Virus record (IMG/VR): IMGVR_UViG_3300027741_000024
Span: 82,311-146,310 of that record
Reading direction: 5' to 3' (one strand)
Length of the DNA: 64,000 nucleotides
Origin: a virus
Below the pieces are notes generated by a model. That model had not been told where the DNA came from, did no database searches, and worked only from the letters and a program-made list of their open reading frames with translations. The position numbers were made by a program, and so were the translations under genes. This document shows positions 1 through 9,783 of the stretch, piece after piece (the first letter of the stretch is position 1; every line of letters begins with the position of its first letter).

Positions 1-1
1 A

Positions 2-85
2 GCACCATCAAGATTAAAGTTGTGGAATAATAGAAAAACTGTTAGAATACATGAAGAACTTTTAGTTTTTAGGAGAGAAATGTGA
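2..85 (+). CDS. C-terminal end of an upstream gene (partial), possibly DNA methyltransferase-like
   Basis: Open frame from the window edge (APSRLKLWNNRKTVRIHEELLVFRREM*). HEELLVF resembles the HEYxLVF motif of N4/N6 DNA methyltransferases, but the fragment is too short to be sure. Confidence 0.3.
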   Translation, partial: APSRLKLWNNRKTVRIHEELLVFRREM

Positions 86-264
86 TTACAAATTATGAGA
101 AGTCTGTGTCAATTTATGAAACGGGAGGTCAATATGCTGTTTATAAAGCAGTGGAAAAAGGACACCTATACGCAGATTCATGGCAAAAGTGTTTGCCGTG
201 TGAAGATAAAACACCACATGAAGTAAATATATGTTTGGTTTGCGGAACACAACAGGAGAAATGA
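82..264 (+). CDS. small hypothetical protein with two Cys pairs (CxxC...CxxC)
   Basis: GTG start after AGGAG; CLPC and CLVC motifs; abuts uvsX. Confidence 0.55.
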   Translation: MITNYEKSVSIYETGGQYAVYKAVEKGHLYADSWQKCLPCEDKTPHEVNICLVCGTQQEK

Positions 265-1326
265 ATGAGCGTTCTTGATAAGTTGAAAAAGAGTTCAACG
301 ATTAAAGAGACTTCCATACTTGCGAAGTCTCAATTCTTTACTGAGAAAGATATGATTCAAACTGATGTGCCTATTGTAAACGTGGCACTATCAGGCAATC
401 TAGATGGTGGTCTGACACCAGGTCTGACTATGTTTGCAGGTCCATCAAAACACTTTAAGACGGCATTTGCTTTGTTGATGGCATCTGCTTATATGAAGAA
501 GTATCCGGATGCGGTAGTTCTATTTTATGATTCTGAGTTTGGCACACCACAGAAATACTTTGAAACATTTAATATTGACACTGACCGTGTTCTACACACA
601 CCGATCACTGACGTTGAACAATTGAAACATGATATCATGGTGCAGTTACAACAGATTGAAAAAGGTAATAAAGTTATTATTATTCTTGATTCAATTGGTA
701 ATCTAGCATCAAAGAAAGAAGTTGATGATGCAACAGAAGGTAAGACTGTTGCAGATATGAGTCGTGCAAAGCAAATGAAGTCGTTGTTCCGTATGGTCAC
801 ACCACACTTGACTATCAAAGATATTCCAATGATTGTGGTAAATCACACATACAAAGAGATTGGTTTGTATCCTAAAGACATCGTTGGTGGTGGCACAGGT
901 TCTTACTACTCAGCAGATACAATTTGGATTCTTGGTCGTCAGCAAGAAAAAACCGGCACCGAAATCACAGGATATAACTTCATCATCAACGTTGAGAAAT
1001 CACGTTTTGTTCGTGAGAAGTCTAAGATACCTGTAACAGTTTCATTTGATGGGGGCATCAATAAGTATTCTGGTCTACTTGATATTGCACTTGAAGGTAA
1101 CTTTGTACAAAAACCATCTAATGGTTGGTATGCAAAGGTCAACCAAGATACAGGTGAGATTGGTGACAAGAAACGATTAGATGATACACAGAATGCTGAA
1201 TTCTGGAATGATATTCTTGCTAATGAGAAATTTAAAGAATATGTAAGGAAGAGATATGAGATCACGTATAGTAGCATTCTTGGACAAGATACAGTTTTGG
1301 AAAAAGAAGATGTCTCAGAAGTATGA
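265..1326 (+). CDS. uvsX: UvsX RecA-like recombinase
   Basis: Walker A GPSKHFKT, YDSEFG, DSIGNLASKKE, GGGTG: T4 UvsX signature; AGGAG SD. Confidence 0.97.
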   Translation: MSVLDKLKKSSTIKETSILAKSQFFTEKDMIQTDVPIVNVALSGNLDGGLTPGLTMFAGPSKHFKTAFALLMASAYMKKYPDAVVLFYDSEFGTPQKYFETFNIDTDRVLHTPITDVEQLKHDIMVQLQQIEKGNKVIIILDSIGNLASKKEVDDATEGKTVADMSRAKQMKSLFRMVTPHLTIKDIPMIVVNHTYKEIGLYPKDIVGGGTGSYYSADTIWILGRQQEKTGTEITGYNFIINVEKSRFVREKSKIPVTVSFDGGINKYSGLLDIALEGNFVQKPSNGWYAKVNQDTGEIGDKKRLDDTQNAEFWNDILANEKFKEYVRKRYEITYSSILGQDTVLEKEDVSEV

Positions 1327-1627
1327 AGTAGATATTGATTATCAGTTTATACCATCTGATGATGAACAGATAACAGGCATCGGCATACTAAAAGGAAAGT
1401 ATGCCGGTGTTCTGTATCACTATGGTAAAGCAAAGGTAATAGAAGAAGGTGAGTTTGCCAGACTCTACTTTGATTATACCATTGAACATACACCCACTTT
1501 CAGCGTTCATGACTTGACAATTGATCAGGAATTTCATACAATGATAGGTGACATCTTAACAGAAATCTTAATGAAACAAACCAATGAAACGACTAGAGAC
1601 GACGATATTAAAGAATTTGATATTTAA
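1310..1627 (+). CDS. conserved hypothetical protein between uvsX and gp41
   Basis: Likely start at MSQKYEV; syntenic position of T4 gene 40 but homology not evident by eye. Confidence 0.6.
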   Translation: MSQKYEVDIDYQFIPSDDEQITGIGILKGKYAGVLYHYGKAKVIEEGEFARLYFDYTIEHTPTFSVHDLTIDQEFHTMIGDILTEILMKQTNETTRDDDIKEFDI

Positions 1628-2990
1628 TGAGGACTATGCTCGTAAGATTTTACCTTTCATAAAATCGGAATACTTTACCGACAATACCGAGAAAATACTT
1701 TTTGAAGAAGTCAATGAGTATATTAATCACTACAAGAATCTTCCAACCTATGAATCTTTGGTAATTAATTTTACAGAATCTAAAAAACTGACCGAACAAC
1801 AAGTTCGTGATTCAGTTGAAATGCTTCGTGAAATTAATGCAGAGAAAGAAGAGAAATCGGATAACGCATGGTTAATTGATAACACTGAAAAGTTCTGTCA
1901 AGATAAAGCAATCTATAATGCTATCATGAAGTCTGTACAAATTCTTGATAACAAATCCGAAAATGATAGTAAAGGTTCTATACCAAAGTTATTGAGTGAT
2001 GCACTTGGTGTATCATTTGATTCATCCGTTGGTCACGATTATGTTGAAGATGCGGATAATCGGTTTGACTTTTATCATAAACACGAAACAAAGATTCCAT
2101 TTGACCTAGACATCTTCAACAAGATTACCAAAGGTGGTTTGCCACAGAAAACGTTGAACATTGCTTTGGCCGGCACAGGCGTTGGTAAATCTTTGTTCAT
2201 GTGTCACGTTGCAGGTTCTTGTTTGTCTCAAGGTCTAAACGTATTGTACATCACGATGGAAATGGCTGAAGAACGAATCGCTGAACGTATCGATGCCAAT
2301 TTATTGAACATCGATATTGCAGACTTGAATTCTATCAGCAAACAAGATTATGACCGTAAGTTTTCTGCATTGAAAGTAAAGACACAAGGCAAGTTAATCA
2401 TCAAAGAATATCCAACTGCTGCAGCATCTGCACTGCACTTCCGTTCTTTGTTAAATGAATTGCAACTAAAAAAGAGTTTCAAACCTGATATCATTTTTAT
2501 TGATTATCTTAACATTTGTGCAAGTGCTAGAATCAAGGCTGGTGCGAATGTCAATAGTTATTCTTATATTAAGGCTATTGCGGAAGAACTCAGGGGTCTT
2601 GCGGTTGAGTTTTCGGTACCCATAGTATCTGCCACACAGACAACACGTTCCGGCTTCACCTCCAGTGATCCAGGTCTTGAGGATACTAGTGAATCCTTTG
2701 GTCTACCTGCAACTGCTGACTTTATGTTCGCTTTGATAAGTACCGAAGAGTTGCAACAATTGAATCAAATTATGGTCAAACAATTAAAGAACCGATATAA
2801 TGACCCGAATACATTCAAACGATTCATGGTGGGTATTGACAGATCAAAGATGAAACTGTATGATGTTGAACAGTCAGCACAAGAAGATTTGATTGATGCT
2901 GGTCAAGTTGATGATAAACCATTGAATTCGTTTGGTGATCGTGAAAGACTTAGTGGTATGAAAAATAAGTTTGGAGGATTTAAAGTATGA
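1584..2990 (+). CDS. gp41: replicative DNA helicase (T4 gp41-like, DnaB family)
   Basis: Walker A AGTGVGKS, TMEMAEERIAERIDAN, DYLNIC, ATQTTRSG, KNRY. Confidence 0.97.
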   Translation: MKRLETTILKNLIFNEDYARKILPFIKSEYFTDNTEKILFEEVNEYINHYKNLPTYESLVINFTESKKLTEQQVRDSVEMLREINAEKEEKSDNAWLIDNTEKFCQDKAIYNAIMKSVQILDNKSENDSKGSIPKLLSDALGVSFDSSVGHDYVEDADNRFDFYHKHETKIPFDLDIFNKITKGGLPQKTLNIALAGTGVGKSLFMCHVAGSCLSQGLNVLYITMEMAEERIAERIDANLLNIDIADLNSISKQDYDRKFSALKVKTQGKLIIKEYPTAAASALHFRSLLNELQLKKSFKPDIIFIDYLNICASARIKAGANVNSYSYIKAIAEELRGLAVEFSVPIVSATQTTRSGFTSSDPGLEDTSESFGLPATADFMFALISTEELQQLNQIMVKQLKNRYNDPNTFKRFMVGIDRSKMKLYDVEQSAQEDLIDAGQVDDKPLNSFGDRERLSGMKNKFGGFKV

Positions 2991-3550
2991 GTTACGTGAA
3001 ATATTATGATAATGTTTTGCCTAAGACATTTTGTGATTCTGTTATAAAGAAGTTTGAGAATCATCCAAAACAACACAGAGAAACCTTTTTAGAAGGGCAT
3101 CGTTCATTCACCGAATTAAATTTGAATGAGAACATTGTAAGTTGGAAATCTGAAATAGACTATCTAGTAAGCACGATGCAAACCTATATGGATGTGTATA
3201 AGAAGGATGTCGGTGTTGATTTGATGGCATGGCCAGAAAACTTTGGATTTGAACAATTAAGGATGAAACGATATCTACCAAACGATCAAGATGAGTTTAA
3301 GTTTCATGTAGATGTACAAGACTATGCCTCAGCACGTAGATTTTTGGTATTTTTTTGGTATCTGAATGATGTGGAAGAAGGTGGACAGACAGCATTTCAA
3401 CTCAACAGAAATCAACCGGTTAAAGTTAAAGTACAACCTAGAACAGGTCGCTTGCTAATGTTTCCACCATTGTGGACACACCCACATGTGGCATTCAAAC
3501 CAGTAGATGTACCAAAGTATATTGTTGGTGGTTACTTACATTACGTTTAA
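2987..3550 (+). CDS. 2OG-Fe(II) oxygenase (prolyl-hydroxylase-like)
   Basis: HVD...YLNDV..GG.T.F...LLMFPPLWTHPH...KY pattern. Confidence 0.9.
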   Translation: MSYVKYYDNVLPKTFCDSVIKKFENHPKQHRETFLEGHRSFTELNLNENIVSWKSEIDYLVSTMQTYMDVYKKDVGVDLMAWPENFGFEQLRMKRYLPNDQDEFKFHVDVQDYASARRFLVFFWYLNDVEEGGQTAFQLNRNQPVKVKVQPRTGRLLMFPPLWTHPHVAFKPVDVPKYIVGGYLHYV

Positions 3551-3555
3551 AAATT

Positions 3556-4671
3556 ATGAATCTAACTAGAGATCAAGCAGTATATTGTGCTAACATCTAT
3601 TCAAAATACTTTGATAAATTTCAGAGAATTGATGATTATATTCGTGATCAAAAACTAAATTCTTTATCTGAAAGACCTCCTACTTTGTTTGGTATGGGAC
3701 CAGAAGAAGATTTATTTTCAGACTTTGATATACACCCACAAGATATGGAGTTTGAACTTGTAGAACTACCACAAAATAATTGGGACATTTATTTGAACAT
3801 GATTTCTTCACATTCAAATATGACTAGTATTCCTGGTAGATGTTTTCGTTTGGCAGTACAAGAAAAGAATACAAAGAAGTGGGTTGGTTTCATTCGTTTG
3901 GGTTCTCCTGTTATTAACATGAAACCAAGAAATGAAATGTTGGGTGGTGTATTTTCTCAAACACCCGAATCTGCAAAGTCATTTAATCACACATCGATTA
4001 TGGGTTTTGTGATTGTACCTTCACAACCCTTTGGTTTTAATTACCTTGGTGGTAAACTACTTGCTGCAATCTGTTGTTCACATTGGGTCAAAGAAAAGTT
4101 AGATGCAAAGTATGACATGAATACCTGTTTGTTTGAAACGACAAGTCTTTATGGCAGTTCAAAGTCATCATCACAATATGATGGCATGAAACCATATTTA
4201 AGATTCAAAGGTTTGACTGACAGCAATTTCTTACCAATGATGCACGGTAAACCTTATGATGATTTAAAGAACTATGTTGAGAATGCGATTGGTGAATTCG
4301 TACCTGCTGATGCATCATCACGTAAACTGAAAGTCTCAAACGCAATCATTTCAATGACTAAAGTGGCATTGAAAGGTTCACCAGAAGGTGAGAAGTTTGC
4401 ACAGACTGTGGAGAATGCCTTGTCATTGACAGAAAAGAAACGATACTATGCCTCAAATTATGGTTACAGTAACTTTACAGATGTGGTCATGGGTAAAACG
4501 GACAAATTGATTCCAGACAAGGAGAACTATGATAAGTTTCATCTGGAGACGATCATAGACTGGTGGAAGAAGAAATCAACGACCAGATATGATACACTCA
4601 AGTCTGAGAATAGGCTACGCTCCGAGATAGAAGTATGGACAGGCGAAAAAGAACTTGACATTATCAGGTAA
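3556..4671 (+). CDS. DUF4338/DruA-related protein conserved in aquatic T4-like phages
   Basis: IVPSQPFGFNYLGGKLLA and FETTSLYG motifs resemble the DruA/DUF4338 family. Confidence 0.6.
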   Translation: MNLTRDQAVYCANIYSKYFDKFQRIDDYIRDQKLNSLSERPPTLFGMGPEEDLFSDFDIHPQDMEFELVELPQNNWDIYLNMISSHSNMTSIPGRCFRLAVQEKNTKKWVGFIRLGSPVINMKPRNEMLGGVFSQTPESAKSFNHTSIMGFVIVPSQPFGFNYLGGKLLAAICCSHWVKEKLDAKYDMNTCLFETTSLYGSSKSSSQYDGMKPYLRFKGLTDSNFLPMMHGKPYDDLKNYVENAIGEFVPADASSRKLKVSNAIISMTKVALKGSPEGEKFAQTVENALSLTEKKRYYASNYGYSNFTDVVMGKTDKLIPDKENYDKFHLETIIDWWKKKSTTRYDTLKSENRLRSEIEVWTGEKELDIIR

Positions 4672-4688
4672 TCCTGTTAGTATAAATA
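4655..4688 (+). promoter_or_regulatory. T4-type late promoter TATAAATA overlapping a possible sigma70 promoter
   Basis: TTGACA 4655-4660, 17 nt, TAGTAT 4678-4683; TATAAATA 4681-4688 upstream of ORF 4714. Confidence 0.7.
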
Positions 4689-4713
4689 CTTCATCAATCA
4701 TATGGAGTATTAA

Positions 4714-5835
4714 ATGGCAAAATCTTATTCAGCTGCAGAATTAACAAAGATGCAAGAACTCGGTTCTGCGTGGGTTTTTCGTAGAGTATTGAATGATAAT
4801 CAAATATACAACACTCCAGACGATATTGTAAAAGATAAAAAGTATAGTGAGTTGGTGAAAATTTATCCAGCAATAAATGCTGAATGGTTGAAAGCATTTC
4901 ATGCCCAACAAAAAACTATGTTTAAAGAATTCGCATCATCTAAGTTTACAGAGTTCACAAGAGATGGTGGATTTATGGATTACATTACAGAACTTGTTCG
5001 CACAAAATTTAAAATTTCTAAAAAAGATTCTTGGGATCCCGCTGATATTTGGTGTGTTCAGAATGAACAAAAAGTTATTGCGGATATTAAAAAGATAATT
5101 GAAGATGGTAAAGCATCCAGTCTTTTAGAGTTAAATGCTCTTATGAGAACAATGTATAAAGAAAGAAGGCTTGTTGGTGTTTCTCTAAAATTAATTTCTG
5201 GTAAAGAAGCAAAGTATGAAGAAGTTAATATAAATGAGGCTGATTTTCCTGATAAGAAAAATTATAATTTCAACATATCATCAATGAAGTGCCCTTTAAA
5301 TTTAAAAAATGGAACACAATTTGCAACGCAAGATACTAGAATTATTGTGGAAGGTGATGGCGTAAAATATGATTTTCAAATTAAAGCAAATAGCACATCT
5401 GGTTATAATAACTTAAAATTTGAACCAACTTCATCAGCAGGTACTAAAGCGAGATTAGGTAAAACACCACTTGACTTGTTAGCAAAACTACTGAAAGATT
5501 ATAAACTGCCATTTAAAAATAGTCATAAAGAATATCCAATGACTGGCGCAGAGTTCAATGATAAAACTTCTTTACAATATGCCAAGAATGTATACAATTC
5601 AATTGTTGCGGCAAAAGTTGATACTGGTGTGAAAAATGAAGAAGAGTTTATTGCAAATATGCAAAAAGTATTTACACTTGAACCACATACAGCGAATTCT
5701 AAATTAATGCAGTTAAACTTTTTATACAATATTTGTGAAATGGAAAAAGAAGAAAGAGATAATCTATTAACTGATATGTGCTTTCTTGCTCAGAAAAAAG
5801 GCCGCCAATTTGGTCCATTTGGAAAATTATACTAA
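4714..5835 (+). CDS. hypothetical protein, possible PD-(D/E)XK-like nuclease fold
   Basis: 373-aa ORF with GGAG SD; KDSWDPADIW...GVSLK motif. Confidence 0.55.
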   Translation: MAKSYSAAELTKMQELGSAWVFRRVLNDNQIYNTPDDIVKDKKYSELVKIYPAINAEWLKAFHAQQKTMFKEFASSKFTEFTRDGGFMDYITELVRTKFKISKKDSWDPADIWCVQNEQKVIADIKKIIEDGKASSLLELNALMRTMYKERRLVGVSLKLISGKEAKYEEVNINEADFPDKKNYNFNISSMKCPLNLKNGTQFATQDTRIIVEGDGVKYDFQIKANSTSGYNNLKFEPTSSAGTKARLGKTPLDLLAKLLKDYKLPFKNSHKEYPMTGAEFNDKTSLQYAKNVYNSIVAAKVDTGVKNEEEFIANMQKVFTLEPHTANSKLMQLNFLYNICEMEKEERDNLLTDMCFLAQKKGRQFGPFGKLY

Positions 5836-5836
5836 A

Positions 5837-7066
5837 ATGAAATTCAGAGAATATTTAACCGAAGCAAAAAAAGAAGGTAAGAACGTTCACCTAGAACATC
5901 TTGAAGATAATGTATTGAACAATGGTGTGTCTGGTGCAAGAGAAGCAATCAACTTTCTGCGTTCACTTCGCAATATGTTAGCAGGTCATTCCGATGTTAA
6001 AGTAAACGTGACAACAAAATGGGATGGTGCACCTGCAATATTTTGTGGCATTAATCCAGAAAACGGTAAGTTCTTTGTTGGTACAAAATCTGTGTTCAAC
6101 AAGAATGCCAAACTAAACTATACTGACGCAGACATTGATGAGAATCATCCATCAGAAGGACTGAATGATAAACTGAAGATTGCACTTGCATACTTACCAA
6201 AGTTAGGTATCAAGGGTATTCTGCAAGGTGATATGATGTTCACCAAAGATGATTTAAAACACGAAACGATTGATGGTGAAGAGTATTTAATATTTCAACC
6301 GAATACAATTGTGTATGCAGTACCAGCAAATACTAAACTGGCTAAGATGATGCAAGCCGCACAACTTGGTGTGGTATTTCATACATCATATGTTGGTAAA
6401 AATATTGAGAACATGAAAGCATCATTCAATATCGATATTGGTCATTTACAAACAACTAAAGATGTTTGGTTCCGTGATGCATCATTCACTGACGCATCTG
6501 GTTCTGCCACATTCACAGAAAAAGAAACTGCTGACCTCACATCAATTCTTTCACAAGCAGGAAGATTGTTCACTACAATACCTGCACTCATACTTAATAA
6601 GATTGCATCATCCGAAACTTATCTGATGCAAATTAAAACGTACAACAATACCAAAGTGCGTGAGGGTCAAGAGATTCGTGATACTAGGGCACATGTAACC
6701 GGTTTGATGAAGTGGGTAGAAGATAAACTGAACAAAGAAATCTCTGCTGCAAAGAAAGCAGATACGAAAGAGAAACGCATCAAAGAGAAAACAGAAGTCA
6801 TGCGATTCTATCGTACCAATGCTGCACAACTAAAAAACATATTTGATTTGATGAATATGATCATTGAGGCAAAACTTATGATCATTCGTAAGTTGGAAAC
6901 TATTCGTTCAATCGGCACATTTGTTCGTACTGATGATGGATTCAGAATCACAGCACCAGAAGGATTTGTAGCAGTAGATAAACTAAAAGGTAATGCATTG
7001 AAATTAGTTGATCGTTTAGAGTTCAGTCATCAGAATTTTAGTGCTGCTAAAAATTGGAGTAAATGA
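5837..7066 (+). CDS. DUF6267-like protein with KxDG (ligase/nucleotidyltransferase motif I) and capsid-targeting-like N-terminus
   Basis: TTKWDGAPA, QGDMMF, PEGFV, KLVDR resemble RNA-ligase-superfamily motifs; N-terminus MKFREYLTE. Confidence 0.65.
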   Translation: MKFREYLTEAKKEGKNVHLEHLEDNVLNNGVSGAREAINFLRSLRNMLAGHSDVKVNVTTKWDGAPAIFCGINPENGKFFVGTKSVFNKNAKLNYTDADIDENHPSEGLNDKLKIALAYLPKLGIKGILQGDMMFTKDDLKHETIDGEEYLIFQPNTIVYAVPANTKLAKMMQAAQLGVVFHTSYVGKNIENMKASFNIDIGHLQTTKDVWFRDASFTDASGSATFTEKETADLTSILSQAGRLFTTIPALILNKIASSETYLMQIKTYNNTKVREGQEIRDTRAHVTGLMKWVEDKLNKEISAAKKADTKEKRIKEKTEVMRFYRTNAAQLKNIFDLMNMIIEAKLMIIRKLETIRSIGTFVRTDDGFRITAPEGFVAVDKLKGNALKLVDRLEFSHQNFSAAKNWSK

Positions 7067-7338
7067 TGGAATACGATATCAATAAGATTATGGCAGAATA
7101 TGGAGATAAAGATTTTGGTTTCTCCACAGTTGACGAAGTTGAATATGAAGCAGTTATTGCAGAAAAAAATGATACAGTCCAAGAATACAAAGATCGTTTA
7201 ACTGAAGTAGAAAAAATTATCATGCCATTTTTGACCAATTTGCTCAAGTCAAAAGATCAACCATACATTCATTGGCCTAATCGTGGTCCAATCATTGAGA
7301 AACAAATACAGAAGATATTGACGTTGACGAGGAATTAG
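7063..7338 (+). CDS. hypothetical protein
   Basis: 91 aa; DFGFS...PFLTNLLK..YIHWPNR; GGAG SD. Confidence 0.75.
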   Translation: MMEYDINKIMAEYGDKDFGFSTVDEVEYEAVIAEKNDTVQEYKDRLTEVEKIIMPFLTNLLKSKDQPYIHWPNRGPIIEKQIQKILTLTRN

Positions 7339-7496
7339 TGAAATCGTTCAAAGAATATATTAAAGATTTAAAAGGTACACAAGAGTTTGTATCTAAGGCT
7401 GGTGCTGGTGAATGGGGTAGACCAGAAACGGTACAAAAATATGTAAAAGACACACCAGGACAAACTATAGAACTATATAAGAAATACACTAATTAA
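7338..7496 (+). CDS. small protein with capsid-targeting-like N-terminus (not in ORF track)
   Basis: GTG start after GAGGA; MKSFKEYIKDLKGTQEFVSKAGAGEWGRPETVQKYVKDTPGQTIELYKKYTN. Confidence 0.65.
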   Translation: MKSFKEYIKDLKGTQEFVSKAGAGEWGRPETVQKYVKDTPGQTIELYKKYTN

Positions 7497-7515
7497 TTTT
7501 TTACGTGAGGATATT

Positions 7516-8358
7516 ATGAAAGATTTGATCATTGGCTGCGCCACGAATTATAATTGGTCCAAATTAAAGTATTGGGTCAACTCTATCAATCAATCAGGCT
7601 TTGAAGGTGATAAATGCCTGATTCTTATGAATTGTGATAAAGAAACCGTAGATAAGATTTCTGATGCGGGTTTTGCTATCATAGCATTCAATCAAGATTC
7701 AAATGGTAATCTAACATACAACTCTAACATGATGGTGCATGTTGAGAGGTTCTTCCACATCTACAATGTTCTAAAAAATAATCTATATCGATATGTAATT
7801 ACCACTGATGTTAAAGATGTGATATTTCAAAAGAACCCATCTGAATGGTTAGAAAATAATTTATCAAAAGATGAAGATTTAGTATTTTCATCTGAGAGTA
7901 TGAAATATAAAGATGAGCCGTGGGGTAATCAAAATCTTATGGAAACATTTGGATCACAAATATATGAAGAGTTTAAGAATAATACTATCTTCAATGTAGG
8001 TGTTCTTGCTGGTCGTGGTTACGCCATGAAAGATTTGATGATGAATATCTTTACATCATGCGTTGGTCGTCCAATCAAAATTTGTGATCAGTCAACATTC
8101 AATTTCTTGATTTCACAACATCCATATCTAAAAACTTCCATGTATACCAAATCAGAAGATGGTTGGGCATGTCAGTTGGGCACAACTGCCGATCCAAGTA
8201 AGATAGATGAATTCCGTCCATTCTTACTTGAACCATCACCGAAATTAGATGGTGATAAGGTTGTAACTTCAGAAGGAATAGAGTATACTATAGTACATCA
8301 ATATGATCGTGTCCCAGAGTGGAAGAAAGTAATCGAGGAGAAATATAATGGTTTATGA
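7516..8358 (+). CDS. putative GT-A-type glycosyltransferase
   Basis: TTDVKDVIFQKNP (DxxD), NVGVLAG, DQSTFN, IVHQYDR. Confidence 0.7.
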   Translation: MKDLIIGCATNYNWSKLKYWVNSINQSGFEGDKCLILMNCDKETVDKISDAGFAIIAFNQDSNGNLTYNSNMMVHVERFFHIYNVLKNNLYRYVITTDVKDVIFQKNPSEWLENNLSKDEDLVFSSESMKYKDEPWGNQNLMETFGSQIYEEFKNNTIFNVGVLAGRGYAMKDLMMNIFTSCVGRPIKICDQSTFNFLISQHPYLKTSMYTKSEDGWACQLGTTADPSKIDEFRPFLLEPSPKLDGDKVVTSEGIEYTIVHQYDRVPEWKKVIEEKYNGL

Positions 8359-9070
8359 AAAAATGTATATTAATAGTGATAATGAAACATCACCTCAATC
8401 TAATCTAAAAGAAATATTCTGGAATTTGGACAAAGGTTGTACTAAATGGTCGGGTTACTTTGATGTGTATGAGAGACATCTGAGTAAATTCGTTGGTAAA
8501 TCACCACGAATTTTGGAAATTGGTGTTCTTGGTGGTGGATCAATTGAGATGTGGTTAAAATACTTTGGTGAAGGCACAGAAGTTGTTGGTGTTGACATTA
8601 ACGAAGAATGTAAAAATTATGTGTATGATGGTAAAGTAGAAATTGTAATGGGTGATCAAGGTGATCCACAATTTTGGGATCAATACCTATCAGACAAAAA
8701 AGGATTTGATATCGTCATTGATGATGGTTCGCATGTGATGCAACATCAAATTACTACACTCAATAGTGTATTTCCACATGTAAGACCTGGTGGTGTTTAT
8801 ATTTGTGAAGATACACATACAAGTTACTGGCCACAACCATGGGGTGGTTCATTCCGTGGCGCTGGCACGTTCTTGGAACATGCCAAACGCACGACAGACA
8901 TTTTAAATCAACAACACTTTCAGGGTGAACCAATAATGCCTGAAGTTTTATCAAAATATTCAGGTCTATACTCTGTAGCATTCTATAATAGTATGGTTGT
9001 ATATGAAAGAGAATCATTAAAAACATTTGGTATTGTAGATAACAAAGCAAATGTAGGACGTGATCTATGA
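8348..9070 (+). CDS. class I SAM-dependent O-methyltransferase (sugar/natural-product type)
   Basis: ILEIGVLGGGS, GVDI, GDQ, DIVIDDGSH, PGGVYICEDTHTSYW. Confidence 0.88.
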   Translation: MVYEKMYINSDNETSPQSNLKEIFWNLDKGCTKWSGYFDVYERHLSKFVGKSPRILEIGVLGGGSIEMWLKYFGEGTEVVGVDINEECKNYVYDGKVEIVMGDQGDPQFWDQYLSDKKGFDIVIDDGSHVMQHQITTLNSVFPHVRPGGVYICEDTHTSYWPQPWGGSFRGAGTFLEHAKRTTDILNQQHFQGEPIMPEVLSKYSGLYSVAFYNSMVVYERESLKTFGIVDNKANVGRDL

Positions 9071-9783
9071 AGATAGCATTATGTTTATCTGGTCAAGCAC
9101 GAAGTGTGGAAGCAGGATATGAATTTCATAAGAAAAATATTATAGAAGGTAATGATGTAACTGTATTCTTTCACACATGGACACAAGATGATATGAGTTT
9201 CTATCGGAAGATTATAGACTTGTATAATCCTGAATTATCGGTTGCTGAAGATCCGCTTGATGAAGATTTGTCAAAATACACAAGAACTCCACCACCATCA
9301 CCAAACTGGAAAGTAAAGGATGGTAGAATGTCAACATTTGCTCAACTGTATGCTATTCAAGGTTGCAATCAGTTGAAATCTGAATATGAACTTGAAAACA
9401 ATATGACATTTGATTGGGTGATTCGGTCACGATTTGATTTTGCCATCAACGCTAAGATACCGTTTGATGAATTGGATAACAGCAAACTGTACATTCCAAA
9501 TTGCCGTATGGTACCAACCAAAGATTTTGGTAATGATCAGTTCGCATTCTCATCATCTAAGAATATGGATAACTATGCAGAATGTTATAATCATATTGAC
9601 AAATTCTATGATTCTGGTGTACAATATATGTGTGAAGATTTTATGAGTGCTAACTGGAAGAAATACGGTATGGTTGGTGAGAATCTGGTATACTGTGATG
9701 TCAACCATCCATTTCCACCAGGTGAGTATAACGGAACACCACATTCTTTAATCAGGGAAGATTTTAAAAAATGGTTAACTTAG
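9067..9783 (+). CDS. putative glycosyltransferase (KIALCLSGQxR family)
   Basis: MKIALCLSGQARS, FFHTW, FDWVIRSRFD, NDQFAF. Confidence 0.65.
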   Translation: MKIALCLSGQARSVEAGYEFHKKNIIEGNDVTVFFHTWTQDDMSFYRKIIDLYNPELSVAEDPLDEDLSKYTRTPPPSPNWKVKDGRMSTFAQLYAIQGCNQLKSEYELENNMTFDWVIRSRFDFAINAKIPFDELDNSKLYIPNCRMVPTKDFGNDQFAFSSSKNMDNYAECYNHIDKFYDSGVQYMCEDFMSANWKKYGMVGENLVYCDVNHPFPPGEYNGTPHSLIREDFKKWLT

